DNA from: a virus
DNA: 64,000 nt
IMG/VR virus record: IMGVR_UViG_3300020419_000013
Coordinates: 3,103 to 67,102 of that record
Reading direction: 5' to 3' (one strand)
Shown: piece by piece, positions 37,894-48,188 of the stretch
Position numbering within the stretch: position 1 is the first letter of the stretch
Layout of the letters: the number at the start of each line of letters is the position of its first letter
Program-made: the position numbers and the translations under genes
Notes under the pieces: model-generated
The model's database searches: none
What the model was told of the DNA's origin: nothing
Seen by the model: the letters and a program-made list of their open reading frames with translations, nothing else

Positions 37894-38228
37894 TGATTGA
37901 AGCAGATTGGAAAAAGTTTTGTGAAAGAGTAAGGGATAAGCAAACCATTGCTCAAGATGAGGTTGTAATTAAGGAAGCAATCGAAGCATTGCATCCTGGT
38001 GCAGCATATACAATGACAAACATTGATCCTTATAGAATAGTATTTGGAGATAGTAGAGAATATGATCCAGTTGCAATTCTAACTAAAGTTAAAGATATGA
38101 CTTATACCGTCACTAACTTTAGACCTACAACAAATGAATTGCTTGACAAACTATGGAAAGACTTAGACGCAGGTACGCTAAATACTTCTGGGTCTTTCTA
38201 TGAAGCACTGAAACCCTTTATAAGTTAA
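37893..38228 (+). CDS. Tail-fibre-associated small protein
   Basis: AIEALHPGA; ELLDKLWKD motif shared with 41466 (EQLDMLYKD). Confidence 0.6.
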   Translation: MIEADWKKFCERVRDKQTIAQDEVVIKEAIEALHPGAAYTMTNIDPYRIVFGDSREYDPVAILTKVKDMTYTVTNFRPTTNELLDKLWKDLDAGTLNTSGSFYEALKPFIS

Positions 38229-38229
38229 C

Positions 38230-39039
38230 ATGGCACTATTAAGAGTAAATACAATTCAAGATACGTCAGGTGTTAATGGTTTTAGTATCACTAACACTAC
38301 CATCTCGATCAATGGTACATTGACTGTTAGTGATCTAGTAGTAAACGGAGTTATCTCTGGATCATCATCTTATATCGTACCTTCACAGTCAGGTCAAGGT
38401 GGAAAGTTTATGACTACTGATGGATCTAATCCGTCATGGTCAGCATTGACAACAAGATCTGGAATCAGATCCATGTCAGTGTTTACTGGTAATGGCACAT
38501 GGTCTAGACCAGATGAATGTAAAAACATCATGGTAACATGTGTTGGTGCAGGTGGTGGAGGATCAGGTTATACTGAATCAGGTGGTGCAGGCGGTATGTC
38601 ACAACGTCAAGTTGATGTGCAGAATGTCAGCTCAGTATCAGTAACAGTAGGAAATCCTGGTGGTGGCACAAACTACTCAGGGTGTGGTGGTAATGGAAAC
38701 ACATCATCATTCGGTGGATATTGTAGTGCATCTGGTGGGGTAGGAGCTAATTGCTCTCAGCAACATGCAGGTGGATATGGTGGAAACGGTAGTGGTGGTC
38801 AACTGAATGTGCATGGTGGCGGGGGTAATGGTCATGGATCACACCATAGTTATGGTAACTATTGCTCTGGTGTAAGTTATTATGGAGGTGGACAACCTGG
38901 TGGACACAACCAAGTAAACTGGTCACATAGACATGAATTACACGCAGCGTGGGGATCTGGTGGAAATGGATCTCGACATAGTAACAGAGGTGCCCGAGGT
39001 CGTGAGGGTATTGTTGTTGTGCATGAGTATTGGGGTTAA
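38230..39039 (+). CDS. Gly/His-rich fibre-tip protein, paralog 1
   Basis: PSQSGQGGKFMTTDG linker; VGAGGGGS...GIVVVHEY glycine-rich domain. Confidence 0.75.
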   Translation: MALLRVNTIQDTSGVNGFSITNTTISINGTLTVSDLVVNGVISGSSSYIVPSQSGQGGKFMTTDGSNPSWSALTTRSGIRSMSVFTGNGTWSRPDECKNIMVTCVGAGGGGSGYTESGGAGGMSQRQVDVQNVSSVSVTVGNPGGGTNYSGCGGNGNTSSFGGYCSASGGVGANCSQQHAGGYGGNGSGGQLNVHGGGGNGHGSHHSYGNYCSGVSYYGGGQPGGHNQVNWSHRHELHAAWGSGGNGSRHSNRGARGREGIVVVHEYWG

Positions 39040-39042
39040 CTA

Positions 39043-40632
39043 ATGAGTTTATTAAAAGTATCATCTATTAATGATCTAACCGACACAGGTGGATTTTCTC
39101 TATCTAATGGTGGGGTAACTGCTACACTTCCTTTAGTAGTAGGTAATATTATAATCAACGGAGCGATATCAGGTAATTCTGGACATATCATTCCAAGACA
39201 GGCAGGAAATGCCGAGAAATTATTGCAGACTGATGGATCTAACCTTTCATGGGTAGAAGCAGCAGGACTTGCAGGTATTAGAAGTATGCAGGTGTGGACT
39301 GGTAACGGTACTTGGAATAGACCGTCAGACTGCACTAGTATCATGGTCACAGCCGTCGGAGCAGGTGGTGGTGGATCAGGATATTGTGAGGCAGGTGGAG
39401 CAGGAGGAATGTCTCAACGTGTCATCGATGTAAACAACGTAACATCTGTATCAGTAACAGTAGGAAATCCTGGCGGAGGTACAAACTACGCAGGATGTGG
39501 TGGAAACGGTAACTCTTCAAGTTTCGGCTCCTATGTGACTGGTGGAGGTGGAGGAGGATCAAATTGTATTCAGCAGCACGAAGGTGGTTTAGGGGGAGAA
39601 GGTATTGGTGGTACACTAAACGTATTTGGTGGAGGAGGAAACGCCCACGGATCCCATCATTCCTACGGAAACCACGCAGGAGGAGCAAGTTACTACGGAG
39701 GTAGTCAGCCGTCTTCTCATAACCAAGGTAACTATAGTCACAGACATGAAGCTCACTCAGCATGGGGTGCAGGTGGTAACGGATCACAGCACGGTAATAG
39801 AGGTGCTAGTGGTAGACAGGGAGTTGTCGTAGTCCACGAATACTACGGTAAACCATCATCACCAGATACCAGTTATGGTCAATCATCTGGCAACCCTGCC
39901 CAGTCTGCAGAGGAAATCAAGATTAGAAATCCTGGTGCAGGTGATGGAGTTTATTGGATTAACCTACCTGGCGTAGGAGCAACACAAATCTATTGTCTAA
40001 TGGATAATAGATGGTTAGGTGGTGGATGGATGATGGGTATGAAAGCAACTAGGGGCACCACATTTAACTGGGATTCTAGTTACTGGACATCTAACAACAC
40101 TCTCAACACAGGATCAACAAATACCAACGATGGTGATGCTAAGTTTGAGGTTATGAATAGATTCCTTGCCAAGGACATCATGGGAATCTGGCCAGATATT
40201 GGTAATGGTGGATGTATTCCCGACACCAATAGAGGATGGACATGGTTTGAGACAGACTTCAACACAGGATATGGTAGAGGTGGTAGGATTGAGCCTATTA
40301 ACTTCTGGAATCAGGTAGATAGATTCTATAAATCTAATGCCAACGAATTTTGTGGTATTGGACAATTCTCTGGACAGTCACACGTTAGATTCTACGGATT
40401 TAACTACAGAAACAATCCAGGTTGGGCACGCACACGTTGGGGATTCGGATGGAATGAAAACGGTGGTGGGTCTGGTGGATATCCAGAAGCGGATATGAAC
40501 TCTGATGACGTATCAGGTGGTATTGGTATGAGTGGTAACTTTGGTAGTTACTCAGCAGGAGATCGTATCAACTGTTGCCAGAACCGTAACGGAATAAATA
40601 GATCAGCAAGGATTGAATTGTACTTCAGATGA
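39043..40632 (+). CDS. Gly/His-rich fibre-tip protein, paralog 2, with C-terminal fibrinogen/intelectin-like domain
   Basis: Same Gly-rich domain followed by DGVYWI...IYCLMD...GGGWM. Confidence 0.75.
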   Translation: MSLLKVSSINDLTDTGGFSLSNGGVTATLPLVVGNIIINGAISGNSGHIIPRQAGNAEKLLQTDGSNLSWVEAAGLAGIRSMQVWTGNGTWNRPSDCTSIMVTAVGAGGGGSGYCEAGGAGGMSQRVIDVNNVTSVSVTVGNPGGGTNYAGCGGNGNSSSFGSYVTGGGGGGSNCIQQHEGGLGGEGIGGTLNVFGGGGNAHGSHHSYGNHAGGASYYGGSQPSSHNQGNYSHRHEAHSAWGAGGNGSQHGNRGASGRQGVVVVHEYYGKPSSPDTSYGQSSGNPAQSAEEIKIRNPGAGDGVYWINLPGVGATQIYCLMDNRWLGGGWMMGMKATRGTTFNWDSSYWTSNNTLNTGSTNTNDGDAKFEVMNRFLAKDIMGIWPDIGNGGCIPDTNRGWTWFETDFNTGYGRGGRIEPINFWNQVDRFYKSNANEFCGIGQFSGQSHVRFYGFNYRNNPGWARTRWGFGWNENGGGSGGYPEADMNSDDVSGGIGMSGNFGSYSAGDRINCCQNRNGINRSARIELYFR

Positions 40633-41438
40633 GCACACTTAGAGTTAACAATGTAAAAGACCTTGCAGGTATCTCAGGGTTTGAATTAAGCACTGGTGGT
40701 ATTATTGCCAATGCTACATTGATCGTGGGAGATATTACCATCAACGGTAGTGTTACTGGATCATCAAAATATATTATCCCTAACATGTCAGGTCAGTCAG
40801 GAAAATTCCTGCAGACTGATGGCACAAACCTTTCATGGGTAGAAGCATCATCCGTCTCTGGATTTAGATCAATGCAGGTCTGGACATCTAATGGCACATG
40901 GAGCAAACCTGCTGACTGTAAAACTATCATGGTTACAGTATTAGGTGCAGGTGGCGGAGGATCAGGATATTGCGAAGCAGGTGGTGCAGGTGGTATGTCA
41001 CAGAGAGTTATCGATGTGCAAAATGTCAGCTCAGTATCTGTTACAGTAGGAAATCCTGGTGGCGGTACTAACTACTCTGGATGTGGTGGCAACGGCAACT
41101 CATCTAGTTTTGGTGGTTATTGCTCAGCAGGTGGTGGTGTTGGTGCAAATTGCTCACAACAACACGCAGGTGGATATGGTGGTAACGGCTCAGGTGGTGA
41201 CCTAAACGTCCACGGAGGTGGTGGTAATGGTCATGGATCCCATCACTCATATGGTAACCACGCAGGTGGTAGATCATACTACGGTGGATCGCAACCCTCA
41301 TCACACAACCAAGGCAACTATTCTCATAGACACGAAGGTCATAGTGCATGGGGAGCAGGTGGTAACGGATCACAGCACGGTAATAGAGGTGCCTCTGGAC
41401 GTGTTGGCGTGGTAGTAGTCCACGAATATTATGGCTAA
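40629..41438 (+). CDS. Gly/His-rich fibre-tip protein, paralog 3
   Basis: Highly similar to paralogs 1 and 2 (NPGGGTNYSGCGGNG, HGSHHSYGN, SHRHE). Confidence 0.75.
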   Translation: MSTLRVNNVKDLAGISGFELSTGGIIANATLIVGDITINGSVTGSSKYIIPNMSGQSGKFLQTDGTNLSWVEASSVSGFRSMQVWTSNGTWSKPADCKTIMVTVLGAGGGGSGYCEAGGAGGMSQRVIDVQNVSSVSVTVGNPGGGTNYSGCGGNGNSSSFGGYCSAGGGVGANCSQQHAGGYGGNGSGGDLNVHGGGGNGHGSHHSYGNHAGGRSYYGGSQPSSHNQGNYSHRHEGHSAWGAGGNGSQHGNRGASGRVGVVVVHEYYG

Positions 41439-41465
41439 ATAACTAAGATTAATTTCAGTAATCAA

Positions 41466-41873
41466 ATGAAAAAAGCAATTATCCACGGAGAGTCTGGAAT
41501 TATCACAGACATCTGTGAAGAAGGAGACGAATTTCAGATCTACGATGGTGCTGACGCAACTATGAAGTGGATGGAAGTCCCTGACGACACAACTAACGAG
41601 CATCGTATGGTCAACGGTGTCATCTACCCAAGAGTAGAATTAGAAAATCAAGCAGAAGCATATCTTGTTGCACGCACGATTGCCTATGGTTCTGTGGGTG
41701 AGCAATTAGACATGCTCTATAAAGACCAAGTTAATGGCACAACAACATTTAAAGACCACGTTGCAGCAGTAAAAGCAAACGTACCTAGTCCAAGTAGTGC
41801 ACCTGCATTTACAGAGGATGTTAAGAAAGTGCAAGTAACAGGCAGAATGGCTTGGGATCCATACCCAAGTTAA
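41466..41873 (+). CDS. Tail fibre assembly-like protein
   Basis: Late promoter at 41435; RTIAYGSVGEQLDMLY...HVAAVK. Confidence 0.6.
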   Translation: MKKAIIHGESGIITDICEEGDEFQIYDGADATMKWMEVPDDTTNEHRMVNGVIYPRVELENQAEAYLVARTIAYGSVGEQLDMLYKDQVNGTTTFKDHVAAVKANVPSPSSAPAFTEDVKKVQVTGRMAWDPYPS

Positions 41874-41881
41874 GAAAAGTA

Positions 41882-41898
41882 TGCTATAATCTATAGTA
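41882..41898 (+). promoter_or_regulatory. Extended -10 promoter, probably giving a leaderless mRNA
   Basis: TGcTATAAT ending 7 nt before the halogenase ATG; no RBS. Confidence 0.55.
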
Positions 41899-43373
41899 TG
41901 AAGATTTACATTATTGGTGGTGGGTCATCTGGATGGATGACAGCAACCACAATGCTGACAAAATTTCCCGAAGCAAACATCACAGTCGTAGAGTCGCCTG
42001 ATACACCCCCTGTTGGTGTAGGTGAGTCTACGACTCAGTATTTTAGGATATGGGCAGAATATGTAGGACTCAAAGATGAAGAGTGGATGCCTGCATGTGA
42101 TGCCACATATAAGATTAGTGTAAGATTTAGTAACTTTAATAAGGTAGATGACACACCATGGCAATATCCATTTGGTTATCATATCCAAGATCTACCTCAA
42201 CCTGATGTTTATTTTTGGAATGCATATAAGAATAACTGGAGTAATGATAAATTTGCCCGAGAATATTTTGTATCAGCAGAAGCAGCAGAAAATAATTTAC
42301 TACCCATCAAGCATCCAAACTTTAATCTTAAAAAGAATACTGGATTTCATTTTGATGCAGTAAAGTTTGCACACTGGTTAAAAGACAACAAATGCCAGAA
42401 GGTAAATCATATTATTGGTAAGGTAGATGATTTTGAGAAGGATGGAGACGAAATAAAATATCTATGGATAGATGAGAAACAACATGAAGCAGATTTATAT
42501 TTTGATTGCACTGGATTTGCATCAGTACTTAATAAGTCTGAGTGGTTAGATTATAGTGAGTGGTTACCAAATGATACAGCATGGGTAACACGTCTAGACT
42601 ATAGGGAAGGACATAAGAAAGAGGATCTCAAATCATATACACAGTGCACAGCATTGAGTAGTGGATGGGTGTGGACAGTGCCCACATTTGCCAGAATTGG
42701 GACAGGATATGTATTCTCTAGTAAGCATCAAGATCATCAGAGTGCATTAACAGAGTTTTCAAAATTTCTTAAGTATGATACTGATGGATTTAGGAAAATA
42801 CATTTCAAGACAGGCAGAAAGAAAGAAGGATGGGTTGGTAATGTAGTGTCTATTGGTTTATCATATGGATTCCTAGAGCCATTGGAATCTAATGGTCTGT
42901 TATCAACACATGATAACTTGTTAAGATTCTGTAGGACGTGGAAACCGAACACCACTCAAATGATGAGAGATACATATAACAAGGCGATAGCATTTGGTTT
43001 CGATGGGTTTGCAAGTTTCGTTGCTCTTCATTATGCTCTTACTCAACGTAGGGATTCTTCTTATTGGAGATATGTCTCAAGTATTAGATATCCTGATAAG
43101 GGGATAAATGAAGCAGCAAGAGTCACAATGATGGAAGAGTCACATAATTTTTCCAGTAAACTAAACTTCAATCACAGCAGTGGTGCTTCACTGTTTTGTG
43201 TCATGGCAGGTCATGGATGGAATCCATTTAATGATGTCATTGAAAGTGAGATTAATTTTCATGGTGGAATACCTGATGACTCACATCTAAACAGTTGGAC
43301 ACATGAGTGGAATCGTGATAGACTGGGAGTTAATCCTTTAGATTATTATAATAGGACATTGTATGCAGTATAG
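41898..43373 (+). CDS. Tryptophan-halogenase-family flavin-dependent halogenase
   Basis: GGGSSG, GVGEST, DATYK (catalytic Lys position), WVWTVP, FLEPLESNG. Confidence 0.92.
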   Translation: MKIYIIGGGSSGWMTATTMLTKFPEANITVVESPDTPPVGVGESTTQYFRIWAEYVGLKDEEWMPACDATYKISVRFSNFNKVDDTPWQYPFGYHIQDLPQPDVYFWNAYKNNWSNDKFAREYFVSAEAAENNLLPIKHPNFNLKKNTGFHFDAVKFAHWLKDNKCQKVNHIIGKVDDFEKDGDEIKYLWIDEKQHEADLYFDCTGFASVLNKSEWLDYSEWLPNDTAWVTRLDYREGHKKEDLKSYTQCTALSSGWVWTVPTFARIGTGYVFSSKHQDHQSALTEFSKFLKYDTDGFRKIHFKTGRKKEGWVGNVVSIGLSYGFLEPLESNGLLSTHDNLLRFCRTWKPNTTQMMRDTYNKAIAFGFDGFASFVALHYALTQRRDSSYWRYVSSIRYPDKGINEAARVTMMEESHNFSSKLNFNHSSGASLFCVMAGHGWNPFNDVIESEINFHGGIPDDSHLNSWTHEWNRDRLGVNPLDYYNRTLYAV

Positions 43374-44967
43374 ATCATTTTGTATTGTAGGTGGTGGGTC
43401 ATCTGGTTGGATGGCAGCAGCAACAATGAAGAAGGCATTCCCAGAGTGTGAGGTCAGTCTCATACAACCTGAGGGTAGAAATATTATTGGTGTAGGAGAG
43501 TCTACTTTAGGACATATCAATAGGTTTTTTAGATTTCTTGGATTACATGACAAGGAGTGGATGCCATATTGTAATGCCACATATAAATCATCTATTGCAT
43601 TTAAGAATTTTAGGACAGGAGAGGGAGAGAGATTTCAATATCCATTCGGACGTATAGATCGCAACGATTATCGTAGTGATTATATGACATTCTTTGAGTT
43701 GCAAGTAAAGTATCCACACTTGTATCCACCCGAAGAGTTTGCACGTTTCTTTAATCCAAATACTATTCTGGCAGAAGAGAATAAACTAACGTCTGATTAT
43801 ATTTCCGAAGAAATGCGTAATTGGAATTTTGGTCAAGACACTGCATACCACATGGATAGTCACAAGTTTGGTGAGTATCTACAAAAGAAATTTCCTGAGG
43901 TAAAAGTATACACAGGTAATGTAATCAATGCCACTCGAGGTGAGACTGGTGACGTTATCACTATGAATACAGATAGTGGTGATAGAATCATGGCAGATCT
44001 TTATATTGATTGCACAGGTTTTAAATCCCTGATCCTAGAAAATATGATGGGATCGAAGTTTGTATCATTTAATGATGTATTGTTTAATGACACAGCGTGG
44101 TCAGCAAAGGTAGAGTATTCAGATCGTATCATACAGATGGATAACTATACAGATTGTGTAGCAATGTCTAATGGATGGATCTGGAATATACCACTATGGG
44201 ATAGAGTGGGGATGGGTTATGTATTCAGTCAGAAATATCTTGACCCTGACATAGCACAGGCAGAGTTTATGGGTTATATAGCACAACGCTATTCGCCCAA
44301 AATTGCCGACAATGCTGATTATCGCCTGATTAATATCAGACATGGTAAGAGAGAGAAAGCATGGGTCAATAATGTTGTAGGTATTGGACTAGCATATGGT
44401 TTCCTCGAGCCACTAGAGTCTACTGGACTCATGACTACACATGAGAATCTATTATATCTCGTGGATAGTCTCAAACGTCGTCCTATTACAACTAAGATTG
44501 ATATCGATAGTTATAACTACACTGTAGATCATGCGATTGAGTCTATGAAATACTTTATCGCTATGCATTATTTGTTATCTCAACGTCAAGATACAAAGTA
44601 TTGGGTAGATGCTACTCAAAACACATCTATGTTTAGTAATCATGACTTAACACAATACATGAATGATTGCCTAGGATGGCATTCTATGCTAGAATCACGA
44701 AGGGAATACTTCCAACTCTATGAAGGGTTAAGAAAGAATTTCTGGGCAGATAATAAATTTGATGGACTAATTTATATCGCAGCAGGTCAAGCATACAGAC
44801 CAATTAATGAGCATAGTGTGGATGAAGCACACTTTATTTTCCCACGTCGCAAAGGTGAGGTGGAAAGAGTGCATCAAGATTGGCAGCGTGACCGTAAAGC
44901 GATATATAATCAGGTGAGTCAACTACCAACACACTATGAGTATCTAAGGGATAACATCTATGGTTAA
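43363..44967 (+). CDS. Tryptophan-halogenase-family flavin-dependent halogenase
   Basis: GGGSSG, GVGEST, NATYK, WIWNIP, FLEPLESTG. Confidence 0.92.
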   Translation: MQYRSFCIVGGGSSGWMAAATMKKAFPECEVSLIQPEGRNIIGVGESTLGHINRFFRFLGLHDKEWMPYCNATYKSSIAFKNFRTGEGERFQYPFGRIDRNDYRSDYMTFFELQVKYPHLYPPEEFARFFNPNTILAEENKLTSDYISEEMRNWNFGQDTAYHMDSHKFGEYLQKKFPEVKVYTGNVINATRGETGDVITMNTDSGDRIMADLYIDCTGFKSLILENMMGSKFVSFNDVLFNDTAWSAKVEYSDRIIQMDNYTDCVAMSNGWIWNIPLWDRVGMGYVFSQKYLDPDIAQAEFMGYIAQRYSPKIADNADYRLINIRHGKREKAWVNNVVGIGLAYGFLEPLESTGLMTTHENLLYLVDSLKRRPITTKIDIDSYNYTVDHAIESMKYFIAMHYLLSQRQDTKYWVDATQNTSMFSNHDLTQYMNDCLGWHSMLESRREYFQLYEGLRKNFWADNKFDGLIYIAAGQAYRPINEHSVDEAHFIFPRRKGEVERVHQDWQRDRKAIYNQVSQLPTHYEYLRDNIYG

Positions 44968-45826
44968 AAAACTATGGAAGAAAATTAAAGGTAAGTTTCA
45001 GAAACCGTGGATCCGTTTTTATTCAATGGATGCAGGGGTTGCTGAATTTTATCCTTTATATCCATCTCAGAAATTGAAACGTCAATGGCGAATCAATACA
45101 CTGAAGGAGCAACATAAGAATAAATCTGATTGCCCTGTTGTAGCACTCAAAGAAACCTTTGATAAGCTAAAGATGGAGGACAAAGGTATCAAGGAGCATG
45201 CAGCAACTTGCCCTGCACTCACTCAGATCATGGACAGTGGTTGGATTTTGCCTGCACCTGCCGACTTCGCTATCCGTCCCAATAAAGAGAAAGGCACATT
45301 CCAATGGGTGACACGTCAGTTATTTGTTGGTGGTAAATATGTCACGTCTCATATTGAGAGACAGACAGATGGAATGCGTGATCTTGTAAGTAAAGGACAG
45401 GATACGTTAGGACAGGTGGTGAAACTAGAGACACCGTGGAGGGTTATGGCACACCCCGATGTTTGCATCCTACAGATACCAGTATCTTATAGCGATGACA
45501 TGCGTTTCTCAGCACCTACAGGGATCGTTGATCCATCATTCTCATATGAGATCAACTTGCAACTGTTTTGGCATGCTATGGAGGGAGACCACATAGTTGA
45601 AGCGGGCACACCATTGTGTCAATGGATTCCAATTCCACGCAAATGGTTGGACACAAAAGAGTTTGATGTCATTATTGAGACCGCCAATAATGAGGACTTT
45701 AAAGCAGAAAGGATGATGGATTATCTCAAGACTAAATCGTTTATTGAGAATACCAAACTAAATGACCGCATTAAAGATCACAAGAAAATTAACTCACTAA
45801 ATAAAAATCTAAAGAGGTTTGATTAA
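44960..45826 (+). CDS. DUF6065-like protein
   Basis: TCPALTQIMDSGWILPAPAD, KLETPW, GIVD, AGTPLCQWIP. Confidence 0.55.
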   Translation: MVKKLWKKIKGKFQKPWIRFYSMDAGVAEFYPLYPSQKLKRQWRINTLKEQHKNKSDCPVVALKETFDKLKMEDKGIKEHAATCPALTQIMDSGWILPAPADFAIRPNKEKGTFQWVTRQLFVGGKYVTSHIERQTDGMRDLVSKGQDTLGQVVKLETPWRVMAHPDVCILQIPVSYSDDMRFSAPTGIVDPSFSYEINLQLFWHAMEGDHIVEAGTPLCQWIPIPRKWLDTKEFDVIIETANNEDFKAERMMDYLKTKSFIENTKLNDRIKDHKKINSLNKNLKRFD

Positions 45827-46194
45827 TGGAAGCAGAAAATCTTAGTAGTCCAACTACGGATGAAGTAAAACTCAATGAGTTAGCAGGTGTATCACCTGAG
45901 GAAAAACAAGGTATCTATTGTGATGAGGATGGTAACCCCGTCAAACTCACATACGATCAGTTAGTCCAAGACTTTTGCGATCAGCATAAAGATTGCATGG
46001 CAGACTATAAGAAGATGGGAGAGGCACTAGACAATATGTCTTACTCATCTACTGTTACTCGTGTATCTCTTGAAGGATTACAGGAGAAAAAGGATAAACT
46101 AAACAAACTACAAGGTGCAGTTGAAGCACTATATCTTTATAAGATGCATGTTGACCCAACTGTAACTGACAAAGATTTTACATTTGAAGAATAA
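45826..46194 (+). CDS. Hypothetical coiled-coil protein
   Basis: Coupled 122-aa ORF. Confidence 0.7.
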   Translation: MEAENLSSPTTDEVKLNELAGVSPEEKQGIYCDEDGNPVKLTYDQLVQDFCDQHKDCMADYKKMGEALDNMSYSSTVTRVSLEGLQEKKDKLNKLQGAVEALYLYKMHVDPTVTDKDFTFEE

Positions 46195-46875
46195 ATGATT
46201 AAATGTGATTATTGGTTTCCTCGTGGCATTTGGCACAAGGAAGACTGTGGACTTGATACAGATCATTTTAATGAATTTGCCACTATACATCGTGGATCGA
46301 TGTCAGGTAGGAAAGCATCGAATGAGGGTGGATTCCAGTCATTTGACTGGGGTAGTGAAAGAATGCACACAATTAAACCACTATCTAACTTAACAGAAGC
46401 AGTTTATGATGTCGTAGATGTTGCATGTCAAGATCTAGGTTTCAAAGACTACGCTATGTTGTTAACAAATGGGTGGTTAAACATAAATGGACCTGGTGAT
46501 CTTAATCATGTACATACACATCCTGGTGCAATGTTTGCAGGAGTTTATTACTCAAAAATGCCCGAGAAATGTGGTGGTATCACGTTTATGAGACCTCTTG
46601 ATGAGTTGCATATGTTTAAATCATGGGGCACAGGACATAACTACGACCATGGCACTAACCCATTAAACTTTGAAGTAGCAGCATATGACCCTAAACCAGA
46701 TCAGTTGTTTATATTTCCTGCAAACTTGATGCACAAGGTCGAAACAAACAGGGGTAGTGAAGAAAGAATCTCTTACTCATTCAACATTACATTATACTCT
46801 AAGCATATTAATTATGGTAGTATCCAGAAGTCTATCGAATCTTTTAACAACAACGTATCTGAATCGTCTGACTGA
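46195..46875 (+). CDS. 2OG-Fe(II) oxygenase-like protein (TIGR02466 type)
   Basis: SNEGGFQS, WLNIN, HTHPG, FPANLMHKV, RISYSFN. Confidence 0.88.
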   Translation: MIKCDYWFPRGIWHKEDCGLDTDHFNEFATIHRGSMSGRKASNEGGFQSFDWGSERMHTIKPLSNLTEAVYDVVDVACQDLGFKDYAMLLTNGWLNINGPGDLNHVHTHPGAMFAGVYYSKMPEKCGGITFMRPLDELHMFKSWGTGHNYDHGTNPLNFEVAAYDPKPDQLFIFPANLMHKVETNRGSEERISYSFNITLYSKHINYGSIQKSIESFNNNVSESSD

Positions 46876-47488
46876 TACAATGACTAGTCGAGGGTTTCCG
46901 TGGTATTTTCTACCACATGATGTGACCTTTGGCAGTGGTTATAACTATGCATTTGGCGATGTTAATCTGAATACAGATGACACGGATCTGAAATCCCCAC
47001 CTAAACAAACTAGTGTGGGATGGACTCATGTGTTATATCATGATGGCAACCCAGTCTCACAGTATTATGATCTCTTTATTCCTATTGTAGATCACATTCA
47101 AGATAGATTAGGTGTTGGTATCTTTGAGTTGTTTAGACTCAGGTTGGCAATGCTACATCATAATCATTTCGTAGAAGATTATAATACACCACATACAGAT
47201 CATGATAGTAAACACATGACTGGCATATATTATTTCCACGATAGCGATGGGGATACTATTCTATTCGATCAACTCGATGACCCCAACGGTGATGTTAACC
47301 AACGGATCACCGATATATTTGCACAGGAGTATACAATAGCAGAGAGACATAAACCAGAGAAGAATAAGTTTATATTGTTTGATGGAAATAGATTCCACGC
47401 ATCATCTAATCCTAGAATTAATCAGTATAGGATGGTGTTAAACTTTAACTTCAGACAGATGCCCGATGACATTCTTACTTCCGCTTAA
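46814..47488 (+). CDS. 2OG-Fe(II) oxygenase
   Basis: FPWY, PHTD, YYFHDSDGDT, FDGNRFHASS, RMVLNFN. Confidence 0.85.
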   Translation: MVVSRSLSNLLTTTYLNRLTDTMTSRGFPWYFLPHDVTFGSGYNYAFGDVNLNTDDTDLKSPPKQTSVGWTHVLYHDGNPVSQYYDLFIPIVDHIQDRLGVGIFELFRLRLAMLHHNHFVEDYNTPHTDHDSKHMTGIYYFHDSDGDTILFDQLDDPNGDVNQRITDIFAQEYTIAERHKPEKNKFILFDGNRFHASSNPRINQYRMVLNFNFRQMPDDILTSA

Positions 47489-48188
47489 ATTATTTGATAG
47501 AAATTGGGATCATGATTTGCCATTTTATTATGAGCAGGTCATGGATAAGAAAGAGTGTGATGATATATGCACATGGAAAGATGTTGAATATTGCCTTAAC
47601 TTGCCCAATTTTTTTGACATCGATGTAGTAAGTAAACACCAGATACAAAAGATAAATCCACAGAAACATCCAAGATCGTGGGCAGCACAAGGATGGGAAG
47701 AGAAGAGCGAGTTGTTTCAACTATTCAAGGAAGGTCACACATTCATTATTAATAACTATTCTTATAGAAATGAGAAGGTGATGGATATGTTAGATCAATG
47801 GTCAAGTATATTCTCAGGTGATAGTCAGTTTCAAATATATTGTGGGATGGGACAGTCAAATAGTTTCTATATACATGAGGACTTGCCAAGTAATTTTATT
47901 GTGCAGTTGCGAGGTAAAACTAAATGGAAAGTATTTAACGAAAGGAGAGCAACATTTGTTTCTCAAGCACCACCAGGTGATGGACAGGTAGACTATGATA
48001 GTTTTACACCTGCTATCGATGTGGAGTTAAATGCAGGTGACGCACTATACATACCACCACGTTGTTATCATCAAGCACAACCAAGCGAAGAGAGAATATC
48101 TCTAAGCATACCAGTCCACCACTATTCTTTATATCATGCTCACAGCATTACCAGACCAGTCGATTGGAAATGGTATAACCTCTATTAA
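47466..48188 (+). CDS. JmjC/cupin-4 hydroxylase (ROX/YcfD-like)
   Basis: HED...NFIVQLRGKTKWKV, LNAGDALYIPPRCYHQA, RISLS. Confidence 0.85.
   Translation: MTFLLPLKLFDRNWDHDLPFYYEQVMDKKECDDICTWKDVEYCLNLPNFFDIDVVSKHQIQKINPQKHPRSWAAQGWEEKSELFQLFKEGHTFIINNYSYRNEKVMDMLDQWSSIFSGDSQFQIYCGMGQSNSFYIHEDLPSNFIVQLRGKTKWKVFNERRATFVSQAPPGDGQVDYDSFTPAIDVELNAGDALYIPPRCYHQAQPSEERISLSIPVHHYSLYHAHSITRPVDWKWYNLY

Noticed and set aside
38230-41438. Paralog repeats read as a DGR template/variable pair
   Set aside because: Differences are largely synonymous and not adenine-specific, all copies are coding, and there is no reverse transcriptase in the window
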